Shown: piece by piece, positions 40,873-51,188 of the stretch
Layout of the letters: every line of letters begins with the position of its first letter
How positions within the stretch are numbered: position 1 is the stretch's first letter
Assembly (NCBI GenBank): GCA_964577935.1
Contig: CAZOAJ010000003.1
Location: 24,618 to 88,617, forward strand
Length of the DNA: 64,000 nucleotides
From: an uncultured bacterium
GTDB taxonomy: Bacteria; Chlamydiota; Chlamydiia; Chlamydiales; FEN-1388
Direction of reading: 5' to 3'
Translations under genes and position numbers: made by a program
Notes under the pieces: model-generated
Databases searched by the model: none
Seen by the model: only the letters and a program-made list of their open reading frames with translations
Told to the model about the DNA's origin: nothing

Positions 40873-42255
40873 ATGGATATCTCACAAGAGTTAATTAATC
40901 TGTGTGCCGCCTTTGATCAACCCGTGCCAACTAAAACAGACATTTCTTTAGTGGTGGTTGATTCACGTGCAGTTATTCCAGGAAGTCTTTTTGTTGCTTT
41001 GCGTGGAGAAAAGACCGATGGTCATAATTTTCTTCAAGAAGCGGTGCAAAAGGGTGCACGAGCTCTTCTGATTCAGTCCGATTATAGAGGCCATGTCCCA
41101 AGTGTTGAAGTCGTCATTCGAGTTCCAGATACACTTGAGGCTCTTCAAATGATGGCAAAGTCAAAAGTTGTTAGATCGAAGGGACGATTACTTGCTCTTA
41201 CAGGATCTTTAGGGAAAACTACCACCAAAGAATTTCTCAGAACTATAGCCTCATCAAAGTGGAAAACTTTTGCTACATCTGGAAACCAAAATTCACAAGT
41301 TGGTCTTGCTCAAACTATTTTAAATTCCTTGGAAGGAGATGAAGAGGTCCTGATTGTAGAGATGGGTATGTCTGGAGTCGGACACATAAAAAAGCTTGTT
41401 GATATTGCGCCTCCTGATATTGCCATGATTCTTGAGGTGGCTCTTCAGCATGTTCAATTTTTTTCAAATGGTCTTGAAGGTATTGCTGATGCAAAACTTG
41501 AGATTTTCTCACATCCTAAGACTCAGCTTGGACTTGTAAATCTCGATACAAACTATGCTTGCAAACTGTTTTCAACCTATCCTATTTCAAAGCGAGGGTA
41601 TACATCGAAGGGGGCATCTAATGCTTGGATCTCTCTCGACGTCCTCGAAGATAAGCTTTGCTTTGTTGAAGATGGTGCAAAAATATACTTTCCAAAACCA
41701 GTATTTCCAGTCCGTCATGTCTATGACAATCTTTTAGCAGCGGTTGCGGGAGCTCGTGCCTTAGGTATGAGTTGGGATGAGATTAAGCCAACTATTTCAA
41801 AATTGCAATTACCAAAACGACGGTTGGAATTTCATCAATTTGGCTCCATCTCCTGTATTAATGATGCTTATAATGCCCCTGAACCATCAGTTATATCTGC
41901 ATTGGATTACCTTGACTCGTTTAAAAATAGACGAAGAGTCGCAGTTCTTGGACAGATGAAAGAGCTTGCTGAATATTCAAGAGAGGTGCATGAACGGGTT
42001 GCAAAATATGCTCTGGGTCGTGCCGATCTCCTTTTATGTCTTGGTGAGGATAGCTTGCCAATGTTTGAGATTTGGAAGGAAGCTTCAAGACCCGTATTTT
42101 GGGCAAAAACATATGATGAATTATGTCTCCTTGTCGACTCTAAGATTGCTTCTGGGGATGTTCTTCTTCTCAAGGGTGCGAGTTCAAATGGTTTATGGAG
42201 GCTTCTTGATCACCCAAAAATCAATACGAACAAAATTTCAGATTCTAAAAGTTAA
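40873..42255 (+). CDS. murF: UDP-N-acetylmuramoyl-tripeptide--D-alanyl-D-alanine ligase
   Basis: It has the Mur ligase P-loop (LTGSLGKTTTKEF). The N-terminal DSRAVIPGSLFVALRGEKTDGHNF is typical of MurF. Confidence 0.9.
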   Translation: MDISQELINLCAAFDQPVPTKTDISLVVVDSRAVIPGSLFVALRGEKTDGHNFLQEAVQKGARALLIQSDYRGHVPSVEVVIRVPDTLEALQMMAKSKVVRSKGRLLALTGSLGKTTTKEFLRTIASSKWKTFATSGNQNSQVGLAQTILNSLEGDEEVLIVEMGMSGVGHIKKLVDIAPPDIAMILEVALQHVQFFSNGLEGIADAKLEIFSHPKTQLGLVNLDTNYACKLFSTYPISKRGYTSKGASNAWISLDVLEDKLCFVEDGAKIYFPKPVFPVRHVYDNLLAAVAGARALGMSWDEIKPTISKLQLPKRRLEFHQFGSISCINDAYNAPEPSVISALDYLDSFKNRRRVAVLGQMKELAEYSREVHERVAKYALGRADLLLCLGEDSLPMFEIWKEASRPVFWAKTYDELCLLVDSKIASGDVLLLKGASSNGLWRLLDHPKINTNKISDSKS

Positions 42256-42282
42256 ACGCTCTGATTCAAAAAGAGATATGAG

Positions 42283-43488
42283 ATGATTCCGAAGATGTTA
42301 GAATACCTAGTAGCTCATTACGAGTGGACAATCCCTTCAGCTTTTTTTTACACGTCAACTCGCGTTATTTTAGCGGCCTTTTGTTCGCTTCTTCTTGCGC
42401 TCCTTCTGGGTCCATTGTTTATCAGAAAGTTGTATGAAATGAAAATCGGGCAGCCTATTCGAGATTTTGCAGAATTTCGATTTCTGCTTGCGGATTTGCA
42501 CAAAAACAAGAAAAACACCCCAACAATGGGTGGAGTGCTTATAATCTTTTCTTGCATTGTATCAGCTATTCTTTGGTGTGATCTTAAAAGTCCATTTACT
42601 TGGTGGTTGGTTGTAAGTGCGATCACAATGGGACTGCTCGGGGCAGTTGATGATCTTCGAAAGCTTAGAAATAAAAGCTTTAAGGGACTATCTGGGAAAA
42701 CAAGACTATTTGTTCAATTTCTTTTTAGCGCATGTCTTTTGTCATACTTCTATTTTCCTGAGGTGTCGCAACTTGGGTCTTCAATCGGTATAGTTCCGCC
42801 AAAAATTGTAGATACGCTGCACCTTTCAACAGGTCAAGCCTCTCTCACTCTTCCTGAGTTTATGGCAAGGTTTTACATCCCTTTTATCAAATATCCAATT
42901 CTCTTTACTTCCGCTATCGGAATTCTATTTATCATTCTTGTCGATATGATCGTTATTTCGGGTTCATGCAATGCTGTTAATCTGACCGATGGTTTGGATG
43001 GACTTGCAGCAGGTTGTTCAATTCTTGTCGTTTCTGTTTTGGCCTTGTTTGGATTTGTTTCAAATAATGCAGAGTTCGCTCAGTACCTTAATATTCTTTC
43101 AATCGAGGGTAGTGGTGAAATAAGTGTCTTTTTAGCTGCAGTTTCAGGGGCATGTCTTGGCTTTTTATGGTATAACAGCCATCCAGCTCAGGTTTTTATG
43201 GGAGATACGGGATCATTGGCACTCGGTGCAATCATTGGGACAAGCGCTGTATTGTTGAAGCGAGAGGGTTTACTTGCTCTTGTTGGTGCAATCTTTGTTG
43301 CAGAAACCTTGTCTGTGATTCTGCAAGTTGCCTCATTTAAACTTACTGGAAAGCGAATCTTTCGATGTGCTCCGCTCCATCACCACTTTGAATATGAGGG
43401 GATGCACGAATCAAAAGTGGTAATACGGTTTTGGATTTTTGGATTACTATTAAGTCTTGCGGGGCTTGTATCTCTGAAATTTCAGTAG
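42283..43488 (+). CDS. mraY: phospho-N-acetylmuramoyl-pentapeptide transferase
   Basis: KKNTPTMGGVLI, NAVNLTDGLDGLA, MGDTGSLALGA and APLHHHFE are all present. It is multi-pass. Confidence 0.95.
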   Translation: MIPKMLEYLVAHYEWTIPSAFFYTSTRVILAAFCSLLLALLLGPLFIRKLYEMKIGQPIRDFAEFRFLLADLHKNKKNTPTMGGVLIIFSCIVSAILWCDLKSPFTWWLVVSAITMGLLGAVDDLRKLRNKSFKGLSGKTRLFVQFLFSACLLSYFYFPEVSQLGSSIGIVPPKIVDTLHLSTGQASLTLPEFMARFYIPFIKYPILFTSAIGILFIILVDMIVISGSCNAVNLTDGLDGLAAGCSILVVSVLALFGFVSNNAEFAQYLNILSIEGSGEISVFLAAVSGACLGFLWYNSHPAQVFMGDTGSLALGAIIGTSAVLLKREGLLALVGAIFVAETLSVILQVASFKLTGKRIFRCAPLHHHFEYEGMHESKVVIRFWIFGLLLSLAGLVSLKFQ

Positions 43489-43499
43489 GAATTAATACA

Positions 43500-44891
43500 A
43501 TGAAGCTTGAATTGAACCAGAATGAAGATGTTCTTGAAAATTCAAAAACCATCATTTTTGGGTTAGGTGTTAGCGGGATTTCTGTTGCCCGCTACCTAGA
43601 TAAGCTTGGGTTATCCTTTATCATTGTAGACGACAAGATTAAAAAATTGCCTGATAATTGCCCGAAAACAGCTCTTATTTCATCAAAAGAGGCTGTTGAA
43701 AGCCTTTGTAATCAAGATGGATATACTCATTTAGTGATTTCTCCAGGTATTTCACAATCACATCCGCTTGTTCAGAAGGCAAGTTTATTAGGTGTGCATA
43801 TTTTAGGAGATGTTGAACTTGCATTTCGTTTTTTCAAAAACAAAAATAATGGCAAAAATAGTTTAGGAAAAAAGATCCCTAAAATCCTTGCAATTACAGG
43901 TTCTAACGGTAAAACAACCACCACGATGCTTGCGGCTCATATTCTTGAATGTGCGGGGCTTAAGGCAGAGACTGTAGGTAATATTGGAACTCCACTCTTA
44001 GATTATTTGGAATATGAAGGAGATGCACTCGTTGTCGAGTTGAGTTCTTTTCAATTGGAAACGGCTAAGGCTCAGGTCCTTGATGCTTGTTTGTGCACTA
44101 AAATAACACCAAACCATCTTGATCGACATGGTAGCATGGATGAATATGCTAAAGTGAAATTTAACATATTCAATTGCCTTAAAAAAGAGGGTAAGGGGTT
44201 TATTTTTGAATCAATAGCAAATGATTTTAATGATCTCATGCCCAGAGGGCTAAAAATATATGGGCGTTCAGATGCTTCATATATCAAGTTGGATGGGCGG
44301 CGCGTAATTGAAGATGGGGTGTTTTTGGGGTATCTGCCAAAAGAGATCCATATGGCGGAAAGTCATGATGCTGAAAACTTTTTAGCGGCTTACCTTCTTG
44401 TGGGGTCATTTCAAATTCCATTCGAAACAGCAATTTCAGCATATTCATCCTTTCAAAAGCCTCCACATAGAATTCAATATGTAACAACTTTTAACGGAGT
44501 CTCTTTTTGGGACGATAGTAAAGGAACAAATCTTGATGCAACTATGAAAGCAGTAGACTCTATTGAGGGTCCAATTATTTTGATTGCTGGAGGTGTGCAT
44601 AAAGGCGAGCCTTACCATATTTGGTCAAAGTTTAAAAATAAAGTGTCGCATATTGTCGCTCTTGGACAAGCGGCTCATGACATCGAGCAAGATTTGGCAG
44701 GTGTAATTCAAACGCTAAAAGTTCAGTCATTAAAGGAAGCTGTCCTCAAGTCCTTTGAACTGTCGCATGAAGGCTTTTCTGTTCTTCTCTCGCCAGGATG
44801 CGCAAGTTATGATATGTTCCGAGATTATAAGGATCGAGGTATGCAGTTTCAGAGTGAAGTCTTGAAGCTTAAAGAAGAGGTTCGACAATGA
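43500..44891 (+). CDS. murD: UDP-N-acetylmuramoylalanine--D-glutamate ligase
   Basis: IIFGLGVSGISVARYL is the Rossmann motif and ITGSNGKTTTTML the P-loop. The in-frame ATG at 43500 lies 12 nt after the mraY stop. The longer ORF from 43431 overlaps mraY. Confidence 0.9.
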   Translation: MKLELNQNEDVLENSKTIIFGLGVSGISVARYLDKLGLSFIIVDDKIKKLPDNCPKTALISSKEAVESLCNQDGYTHLVISPGISQSHPLVQKASLLGVHILGDVELAFRFFKNKNNGKNSLGKKIPKILAITGSNGKTTTTMLAAHILECAGLKAETVGNIGTPLLDYLEYEGDALVVELSSFQLETAKAQVLDACLCTKITPNHLDRHGSMDEYAKVKFNIFNCLKKEGKGFIFESIANDFNDLMPRGLKIYGRSDASYIKLDGRRVIEDGVFLGYLPKEIHMAESHDAENFLAAYLLVGSFQIPFETAISAYSSFQKPPHRIQYVTTFNGVSFWDDSKGTNLDATMKAVDSIEGPIILIAGGVHKGEPYHIWSKFKNKVSHIVALGQAAHDIEQDLAGVIQTLKVQSLKEAVLKSFELSHEGFSVLLSPGCASYDMFRDYKDRGMQFQSEVLKLKEEVRQ

Positions 44892-45673
44892 TTCGTGCCA
44901 AGGATGTGGTAGTGCTAGCCTCTCTCATTAATATTGCTGTTGTAGCGCTCATTCTGACAACTTCTGTCCAGCATCGATCCGAATTCTCACAGATGCAAAT
45001 TGCTTCCTCTGGCCAGTTTATTGATTCCAAACTGATCGACTCAAAATCAGTTGATTCAAAATCGAATGAGAGCATATCCAAAGGTCACAAAACATCAAGT
45101 TCATCAGTTGGTAATAGTTCTTCGAGATATTTAGGTAGAGATCAAAAGCCCTCCAAATCGGATCCGGAAATCAGTTTAGAAGAGGCTCCCTCGGTTTTAG
45201 AAAAAGATAATCTATGTCTCGATGAAATAGATGCGCTTTTGGAAGAATACGAAAAGGCCGAAATAGGCGCTTATCAGCAAAAAAAGACTTCAAGTGCTTC
45301 TCAAGGTAATGAAAATGCCAAAAAAGGCGAAGAAGTTACAGTCAAAAAAAATTCTCAAATAGAGCTTAAACAAAAATCGACCAGTATAGCATCTAAAAAG
45401 AACGAAAAGCCGATCTCTTCAGAACAAGTTCAATATATTGCATATACCATTCAGAAAGGCGACAACCCTTGGAAGATTGCCAAGCGGTTTGGAATGTCAT
45501 TCGAAGAGCTCTTAAAAATTAATTCTCTTGATGCAAAAAGTGCTAAAAATTTGAAAATTGGCCAAGTTTTAAAAGTTATAAGCCCTAATAGTACATCGAG
45601 TAATCAGCAGAAACCTTTAACGAAAAATAGCAGCGGCTCAACACAAATTAAAAAAGCTCCAACAACACAGTAG
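44888..45673 (+). CDS. membrane-anchored LysM-domain protein in the position NlpD occupies in other chlamydial dcw clusters
   Basis: It has an N-terminal TM (VVVLASLINIAVVALILT), a low-complexity Ser/Lys-rich linker with DSK repeats, and a C-terminal LysM (YTIQKGDNPWKIAKRFGMSFEELLKINSLDAKSAKNLKIGQVLKV). I see no LytM/M23 motif. It overlaps murD by 4 nt. Confidence 0.65.
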   Translation: MIRAKDVVVLASLINIAVVALILTTSVQHRSEFSQMQIASSGQFIDSKLIDSKSVDSKSNESISKGHKTSSSSVGNSSSRYLGRDQKPSKSDPEISLEEAPSVLEKDNLCLDEIDALLEEYEKAEIGAYQQKKTSSASQGNENAKKGEEVTVKKNSQIELKQKSTSIASKKNEKPISSEQVQYIAYTIQKGDNPWKIAKRFGMSFEELLKINSLDAKSAKNLKIGQVLKVISPNSTSSNQQKPLTKNSSGSTQIKKAPTTQ

Positions 45674-45678
45674 AAAAC

Positions 45679-46821
45679 GTGAGACAACAATCTCTTCCTC
45701 TTTTTCCAGTTATCCTTTTGTATCTCATCGGGTGTATTACTATTTTTGATGCCTCTGCAGGGGAGCTTATCGATATTAATTCTCAGAGATCGCTGTGGAG
45801 TGCGTTAATCAAGCAAATTACTTTCGGAATCATGGGGGCAGGACTTGGATGCGTTCTCTATCGTATAGGCTGGAGAAAGGTCCTTGAGGTAAGTCCTATT
45901 CTTCTTTATATAGGAATATTTCTTCTTCTTTGTGTTTTTGTCCCAGGAATTGGAGTGTCTGCTAATGGAGCGAAACGTTGGGTAAATCTTTTGGGATTCA
46001 CTCTGCAGCCTTCAGAGTTTATTAAATACTTAGCTCCCTTTTATTTGATTGACGCTTTGTCCAAATCCTCTCCTTTAAGCAATAAGAAACAGCTATATAA
46101 AATATTGGCTCCTATAGGTGTTTGCGTTTTATTGATTCTTTTGCAGCCAAATAATGGAACGGCTTTTGTTATTTCAATTACCTCAGGAGTTCTTATACTT
46201 CTTATGAGAGTTCCCGTAAGGTTTTGGATTGCTCCGGCTTTGTGTCTTGTTGCTTTATCACTTGTCTTTGCGTGGAAAAAAGGGTATGTACGAGCAAGGA
46301 TTGCATCTTATATGAACCCTGAAGCCGATATCAAGGGGAAGGGGCATCAGCCATATCAAGCAAAGATTGCTGCAGGTTCCGGTGGGTTTTATGGACTTGG
46401 AGTTGGTAGAAGTATGCAAAAATTGAGTTATCTTCCAGAAGCTCAAAATGATTATATAGCTGCTATCTATGCTGAAGAGTTTGGTTTTATAGGCATGCTA
46501 GGCCTTATTGGGTGCTATGTCACTTTAGGTCTTGCAGGTCTTCGTATTTCTTTAGAAAGTGAAGATCCAAGAGCTCAGTTGGTCTCTGGAACTATTGTTT
46601 TTCTTTATTGCTTTCAGGCCTTTATGAATCTTGGCGTTGTTTCTGGTCTGTTGCCAAGTACCGGACTGAATCTTCCGTTTTTTAGTCAAGGAGGGTCATC
46701 TTTGATTGCAAATCTAGGAGGACTTGGAATTCTTTTGCAGTGCAGCAGGGATAGATCCATTTATGGCTTGACCCAAGGATCAATACGTAGAACCTCTAAA
46801 ATAGTGGAGTTGCAAGAATGA
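45679..46821 (+). CDS. ftsW: SEDS family peptidoglycan glycosyltransferase FtsW/RodA
   Basis: About 10 TM helices, with GAKRWVNLLGFTLQPSEFIKY, LPEAQNDYIAA and LPFFSQGGSS motifs. The position between murD and murG fits. Confidence 0.9.
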   Translation: MRQQSLPLFPVILLYLIGCITIFDASAGELIDINSQRSLWSALIKQITFGIMGAGLGCVLYRIGWRKVLEVSPILLYIGIFLLLCVFVPGIGVSANGAKRWVNLLGFTLQPSEFIKYLAPFYLIDALSKSSPLSNKKQLYKILAPIGVCVLLILLQPNNGTAFVISITSGVLILLMRVPVRFWIAPALCLVALSLVFAWKKGYVRARIASYMNPEADIKGKGHQPYQAKIAAGSGGFYGLGVGRSMQKLSYLPEAQNDYIAAIYAEEFGFIGMLGLIGCYVTLGLAGLRISLESEDPRAQLVSGTIVFLYCFQAFMNLGVVSGLLPSTGLNLPFFSQGGSSLIANLGGLGILLQCSRDRSIYGLTQGSIRRTSKIVELQE

Positions 46822-47912
46822 ATAAACGAGTTCTAATTGCTGCTGCAGGTACAGGAGGTCATTTGTTTCCTGCTATAGGGTTTGCTGAGGCTCTCGAGCA
46901 ACAATTTGATAACTTGGATATCTCCTTTGCAGGGCATAAATTGAATGAGAATTCATTTTTTGCAGCTAGATACCCTTCTTATAATATTGAAGCTGCACTC
47001 TTGTCGAAATCTCCTGTAAAAATGATGAAATCTGTAATTAAGAATACTCATGGAGTTCTTCAATCTCTCAAAATATTAAGAATAAATCGTCCTGATGTTG
47101 TTATTGGTTTTGGAAGCTATCATACAGCTCCACTTCTTTTGGCAGCGACGATTCTTAAGGTTCCCTATTTTTTATTTGCCGCTGACTCGGTTCCTGGAAG
47201 GGTTATTCGCTTGTTTGCTCCTTATGCACGGTATACGGGATTATTTTATCCTGAAGCACAAACTCGCGTGAAAGGGGTAACGATTCCCCAAGGCCTACCA
47301 TTAAGGGATAGATTGAAAAGACATCTTGGTATCCATCGCGATTTTCAAAGGGTAGCAAAAGAACTCTATGGTTTTTGCCCAGAGAAACAGGTTCTTCTTG
47401 TTATTGGTGGATCTCAAGGAGCTCGTTCGCTTAATGAAATTATTCCGAAAGCGTTGAAAGCAGGTGATTCAATTCAGGTGCTCCACTTGGCAGGCAGCTC
47501 AGAAGAAAAAAAAATCGTAGATCGAAGGTATCTTGATGCCTCGATTTCGGCTTGTGTTCTAGATTTCGAAAAGAATATGGAATATGCCTACTCTGCCGCA
47601 GATGCTGTAATAGCTCGTTCTGGAGCTTCTACGATAGCTGAAATATTGGCCTTTCAAAAACCATCGCTCCTCATTCCTTATCCACATTCACAAGATGGGC
47701 ACCAATCTCTTAATGCACATATTCTTGAGCAAAACGGTTGCTCTTTTGTTCTGCAAGAGGGTGAGCTCGAAATGAGATTGTCCCAAGCCGTGGAAAAACT
47801 ATTTCAAGACGACGTTGTACGAAATATGCAGAAACAACAGTCTGTTCGTTTTCAGGAATTAACTTGTTGTTCGCTTTTGGACCAGATATCTGCGCACCTT
47901 AAAGGGAGTTAA
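46818..47912 (+). CDS. murG: UDP-N-acetylglucosamine--N-acetylmuramyl-(pentapeptide) pyrophosphoryl-undecaprenol GlcNAc transferase
   Basis: IAAAGTGGHLFPAIGFAEAL ... VIGGSQGARSLN ... ARSGASTIAEI. It overlaps ftsW by 4 nt. Confidence 0.93.
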   Translation: MNKRVLIAAAGTGGHLFPAIGFAEALEQQFDNLDISFAGHKLNENSFFAARYPSYNIEAALLSKSPVKMMKSVIKNTHGVLQSLKILRINRPDVVIGFGSYHTAPLLLAATILKVPYFLFAADSVPGRVIRLFAPYARYTGLFYPEAQTRVKGVTIPQGLPLRDRLKRHLGIHRDFQRVAKELYGFCPEKQVLLVIGGSQGARSLNEIIPKALKAGDSIQVLHLAGSSEEKKIVDRRYLDASISACVLDFEKNMEYAYSAADAVIARSGASTIAEILAFQKPSLLIPYPHSQDGHQSLNAHILEQNGCSFVLQEGELEMRLSQAVEKLFQDDVVRNMQKQQSVRFQELTCCSLLDQISAHLKGS

Positions 47913-47918
47913 TGGTTT

Positions 47919-50381
47919 ATGCAGCCTACTCAGATAGAAGAAAAATCCGTCCACAAAAAATCGGTCCACTTTATCGGAATTGGTGGGATTGGCATGAGCG
48001 GTCTTGCAAATCTGCTTCTTGAAAATGGCGTCAAGGTAACCGGGAGCGATCTCAAAGAAAGTGCTCTTCTTGAGTCGCTTAAGAGGAAGGGGGCCTCTAT
48101 CTATTTGAGCCATTCTGGAAGCAATATTCATACGCAGGATTATATTGTCATCAGTAGCGATATAGGCCATGAAAACCCCGAGATACGAAGAGCAAAAGAA
48201 CTTCAAATACCGATTATTCATCGCTCAGATCTTTTGAAAGAGCTTGCCGAAAAAGGGAATCTGATTGCGATAGCTGGAACGCATGGTAAAACTACAACTT
48301 CATCACTGCTTGCTCATACTTTATGCAGTGCAGGCCTGGATCCGAGTTTTGCAGTCGGAGGTATTCTTAAAAATACAGGAATGAATGCGCGATTTGGTAG
48401 GGGAGATCATTTCGTTATAGAAGCGGATGAAAGCGATGGAACCTTTCTTAAATATGGCTATCAATATGCCATTGTTACAAATGTTGATACAGATCATATA
48501 GTGCATTATGGTTCTTATTCGAAAGTTCAGGAAGCTTTTAAGACCTTCATTGACAAATCATCATCACCTGAGCATATGTTTCTATGCGGTGAAGATGCAT
48601 TTCTTAGGCAGTTTAGTTCTCAGGGTATTCTCTATGGATTTCATGAAGGCTGCTCTTTACGTGCTTGCAATATTCGGTATGAAAGACATGGAACTCTTCT
48701 TGATATCACGTTCAATGGACGATTCTACAAAGATGTAATTAGTCCGCTATATGGCCGACATAATGTTCTCAATGCTCTTTCAGTTTTTGGTCTGTGTATC
48801 GAGCTTGGAGCTTCGGAAGACCAAATTCGAAAAGGATTTATTTCATTTCAGGGTGTAGAGCGACGCCTTGAGTTGCTTGGTGCTGAGCGAGATATCTTAA
48901 TTTATGATGATTATGGTCATCATCCAACAGAGGTGCGTGCGACTCTTCAATCTTTGCGTCAAAAAGTAGGTGGAAGAAAAATAACTGCCGTATTTCAACC
49001 TCATCGCTATAGCAGAATGAAGTACCTTTTGGATGAATTTTCAGAAGCATTCATTGATGCAGATTGCGTTGTTGTTACAGATATATATTCGGCTGGAGAA
49101 AAGCCTGTTGATGGAGTCTCTTCAGAAGTTATTTTCCAAAAAATTGCAGAATCTGTTCAGGGGGAGTGCCTTTTTGCTACAAGAAGTGAGTTAGTTACTT
49201 TTCTTCAGAGTCGATTAAGACCGCATGAGGCAATCATATTTTTTGGTGCAGGAGATACTGTAAAATTAGCGCATGAGCTTTCTCAATCAGTACAATCTAT
49301 TCCCAAACTTCAGGTAGGACTTATCTTTGGCGGAGAGAATTCAGAGCATAAGATATCTAAAATATCTGCGCATGCTGTGAATCAGCATCTAAATAAAGAT
49401 CTTTATAACATTAAGCTTTTTGAGATCTCTTCAAAGGGTAGCTGGAATGAGGTGGATTCATTTTCTAAAGAATCCAATCACGTGAAGTCAAAAAAAAGAT
49501 TGTCTCAAGAGGTTGTTGCCTCTCTTGAGGCCTGTGATGTGGTGATTCCGATCCTTCATGGTCCAAAAGGTGAAGATGGAACTGTTCAGGGTTTTTTTGA
49601 ACTGTTGGGTAAACCATATGTTGGATGCGGTGTAGTTGGTTCTTCATGCTCCATGGACAAGGTAAAGACCAAAAGAATCGCTCAATCGGCAGGAGTTCCT
49701 ATAGTGCCTTTTTACGAGGTCAAGAGCGAGGATTGGCATAGACGTCGACAGCACGTTCTTGAACAGATCATTTCAATTCTTTCGTTTCCTCTTATCATAA
49801 AACCTGCACATCTTGGATCTGCAGTCGGTGTTGTGAAAGTGGATAATGAGATGGATCTTGAAGCGGGGCTAGATCTTGCCTGCTCAATCGATCGATTGGT
49901 TCTTGTTGAAAAGTGCGTCAAAATTCGTCACGAAATTGAATGCGCTGTATTAGGAAATGAAGATCCAGAAGTTTCAAGTCCTGGAGAGGTATGTACTGGA
50001 GGTAAAGTCTATGATTATGCCGCTAAGTATGCCTCTAGTGGTTTTGCAACTACCTTGAACCCGCAAATTTCTGATCGTCTGAAAGAGTCGATACAAAAAC
50101 ATGCGATAAATACATACCGCACTCTTGATTGTCATGGAATGGCGCGAGTTGATTTTTTTGTTGATGATGTGGGTGATATATTTTTGAATGAGGTCAATCC
50201 TATTCCAGGATTTACTGCCATCAGCCTGTATCCATCCTTATGGATGAGAGAGGGAAAAAGTTTTACACAGCTGATTTCAGATTTAGTCCTTTTGGCTTTT
50301 GAACAATTCATGAATGATGCACGTTGTTTCAATCGACAACTAGCTTTAGGCAGAGAGCTGGAAAAGTCATGCGCCGTGTAA
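47919..50381 (+). CDS. murC: bifunctional UDP-N-acetylmuramate--L-alanine ligase / D-alanine--D-alanine ligase (MurC-Ddl fusion)
   Basis: The N-terminal half is MurC (HFIGIGGIGMSGLA, IAGTHGKTTTSSL). The C-terminal half is Ddl (VGLIFGGENSEHKIS...ILHGPKGEDGTVQGFFELLGKPYVGCGV...EVNPIPGF). It is one uninterrupted 820 aa frame. Confidence 0.95.
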   Translation: MQPTQIEEKSVHKKSVHFIGIGGIGMSGLANLLLENGVKVTGSDLKESALLESLKRKGASIYLSHSGSNIHTQDYIVISSDIGHENPEIRRAKELQIPIIHRSDLLKELAEKGNLIAIAGTHGKTTTSSLLAHTLCSAGLDPSFAVGGILKNTGMNARFGRGDHFVIEADESDGTFLKYGYQYAIVTNVDTDHIVHYGSYSKVQEAFKTFIDKSSSPEHMFLCGEDAFLRQFSSQGILYGFHEGCSLRACNIRYERHGTLLDITFNGRFYKDVISPLYGRHNVLNALSVFGLCIELGASEDQIRKGFISFQGVERRLELLGAERDILIYDDYGHHPTEVRATLQSLRQKVGGRKITAVFQPHRYSRMKYLLDEFSEAFIDADCVVVTDIYSAGEKPVDGVSSEVIFQKIAESVQGECLFATRSELVTFLQSRLRPHEAIIFFGAGDTVKLAHELSQSVQSIPKLQVGLIFGGENSEHKISKISAHAVNQHLNKDLYNIKLFEISSKGSWNEVDSFSKESNHVKSKKRLSQEVVASLEACDVVIPILHGPKGEDGTVQGFFELLGKPYVGCGVVGSSCSMDKVKTKRIAQSAGVPIVPFYEVKSEDWHRRRQHVLEQIISILSFPLIIKPAHLGSAVGVVKVDNEMDLEAGLDLACSIDRLVLVEKCVKIRHEIECAVLGNEDPEVSSPGEVCTGGKVYDYAAKYASSGFATTLNPQISDRLKESIQKHAINTYRTLDCHGMARVDFFVDDVGDIFLNEVNPIPGFTAISLYPSLWMREGKSFTQLISDLVLLAFEQFMNDARCFNRQLALGRELEKSCAV

Positions 50382-51145
50382 AGGCATTATTAGCTGTAAC
50401 AATATTATTGACCGGTCTTTCGTGCTTCTTTTGGGAAGTTTTATTTCACCAAGATGAAGTATCTCGATGGTTATTTCCGGCTCATAACACTGTAATTCGA
50501 GCGATAGTTGCGGAGCCAATCAGCACTTCTAAAGGATTGCCTTTGTCTATACCATCGCAAATTGTTGCAGAGCTTTGTGATTTATCAATCGATGATCCAT
50601 CAACTGTTACATCTTGGGATGCGCATGTTGCAAAGTTTAGAGCATGTTCTGCTATTCGATCATGCTCATCTGAATGTCGAGGGAATGTTGGATATATTCA
50701 ATATGAACTTAGAGACCCGATCTTTTTTGTTGGAGGATATGATAACTGTGCTTGCGATGAATCTGGCAGAGGATTTCCCCTTGTCCCAATATATCCCCCT
50801 ATGAATCTTCCTATGCTATTTCCCTCACAGTCTCAAACAGATGCATATCCATTATTGCCAACGAATGAAGTTGCTCTGGCTAAAAAGGTTCTACAACAGG
50901 TGGAGTTGAATTTAGATGCTCGTATTCTTTCTATTGACTTGAGAAAAATAGCTGATCCAAGTTTATACAGAAGAGAAATTGTTCTTAATCTGGCAGTTAA
51001 GAGCGAAAAAATATACATCAGATTACCACTTGATGAGTATGAAGAATCTCTAAAAAGATGCGGTATATTTCTTAAAACAAATAGTCGACCTATACAAGTT
51101 ATCGATGCTCGTTTTGATAAACTTTTGATGATCAAGTATTTGTAG
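50369..51145 (+). CDS. bitopic membrane protein, possible FtsQ-like division protein
   Basis: MRRVKALLAVTILLTGLSCFFWEVLF is a single N-terminal TM, followed by about 230 aa of predicted periplasmic sequence. It sits directly after ddl, as ftsQ does in E. coli. Assignment is by position and topology only. Confidence 0.4.
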   Translation: MRRVKALLAVTILLTGLSCFFWEVLFHQDEVSRWLFPAHNTVIRAIVAEPISTSKGLPLSIPSQIVAELCDLSIDDPSTVTSWDAHVAKFRACSAIRSCSSECRGNVGYIQYELRDPIFFVGGYDNCACDESGRGFPLVPIYPPMNLPMLFPSQSQTDAYPLLPTNEVALAKKVLQQVELNLDARILSIDLRKIADPSLYRREIVLNLAVKSEKIYIRLPLDEYEESLKRCGIFLKTNSRPIQVIDARFDKLLMIKYL

Positions 51146-51188
51146 AGCCTTTTTTAAGCGTTTTTAATTATTTAAGTCGGAGAGATAT

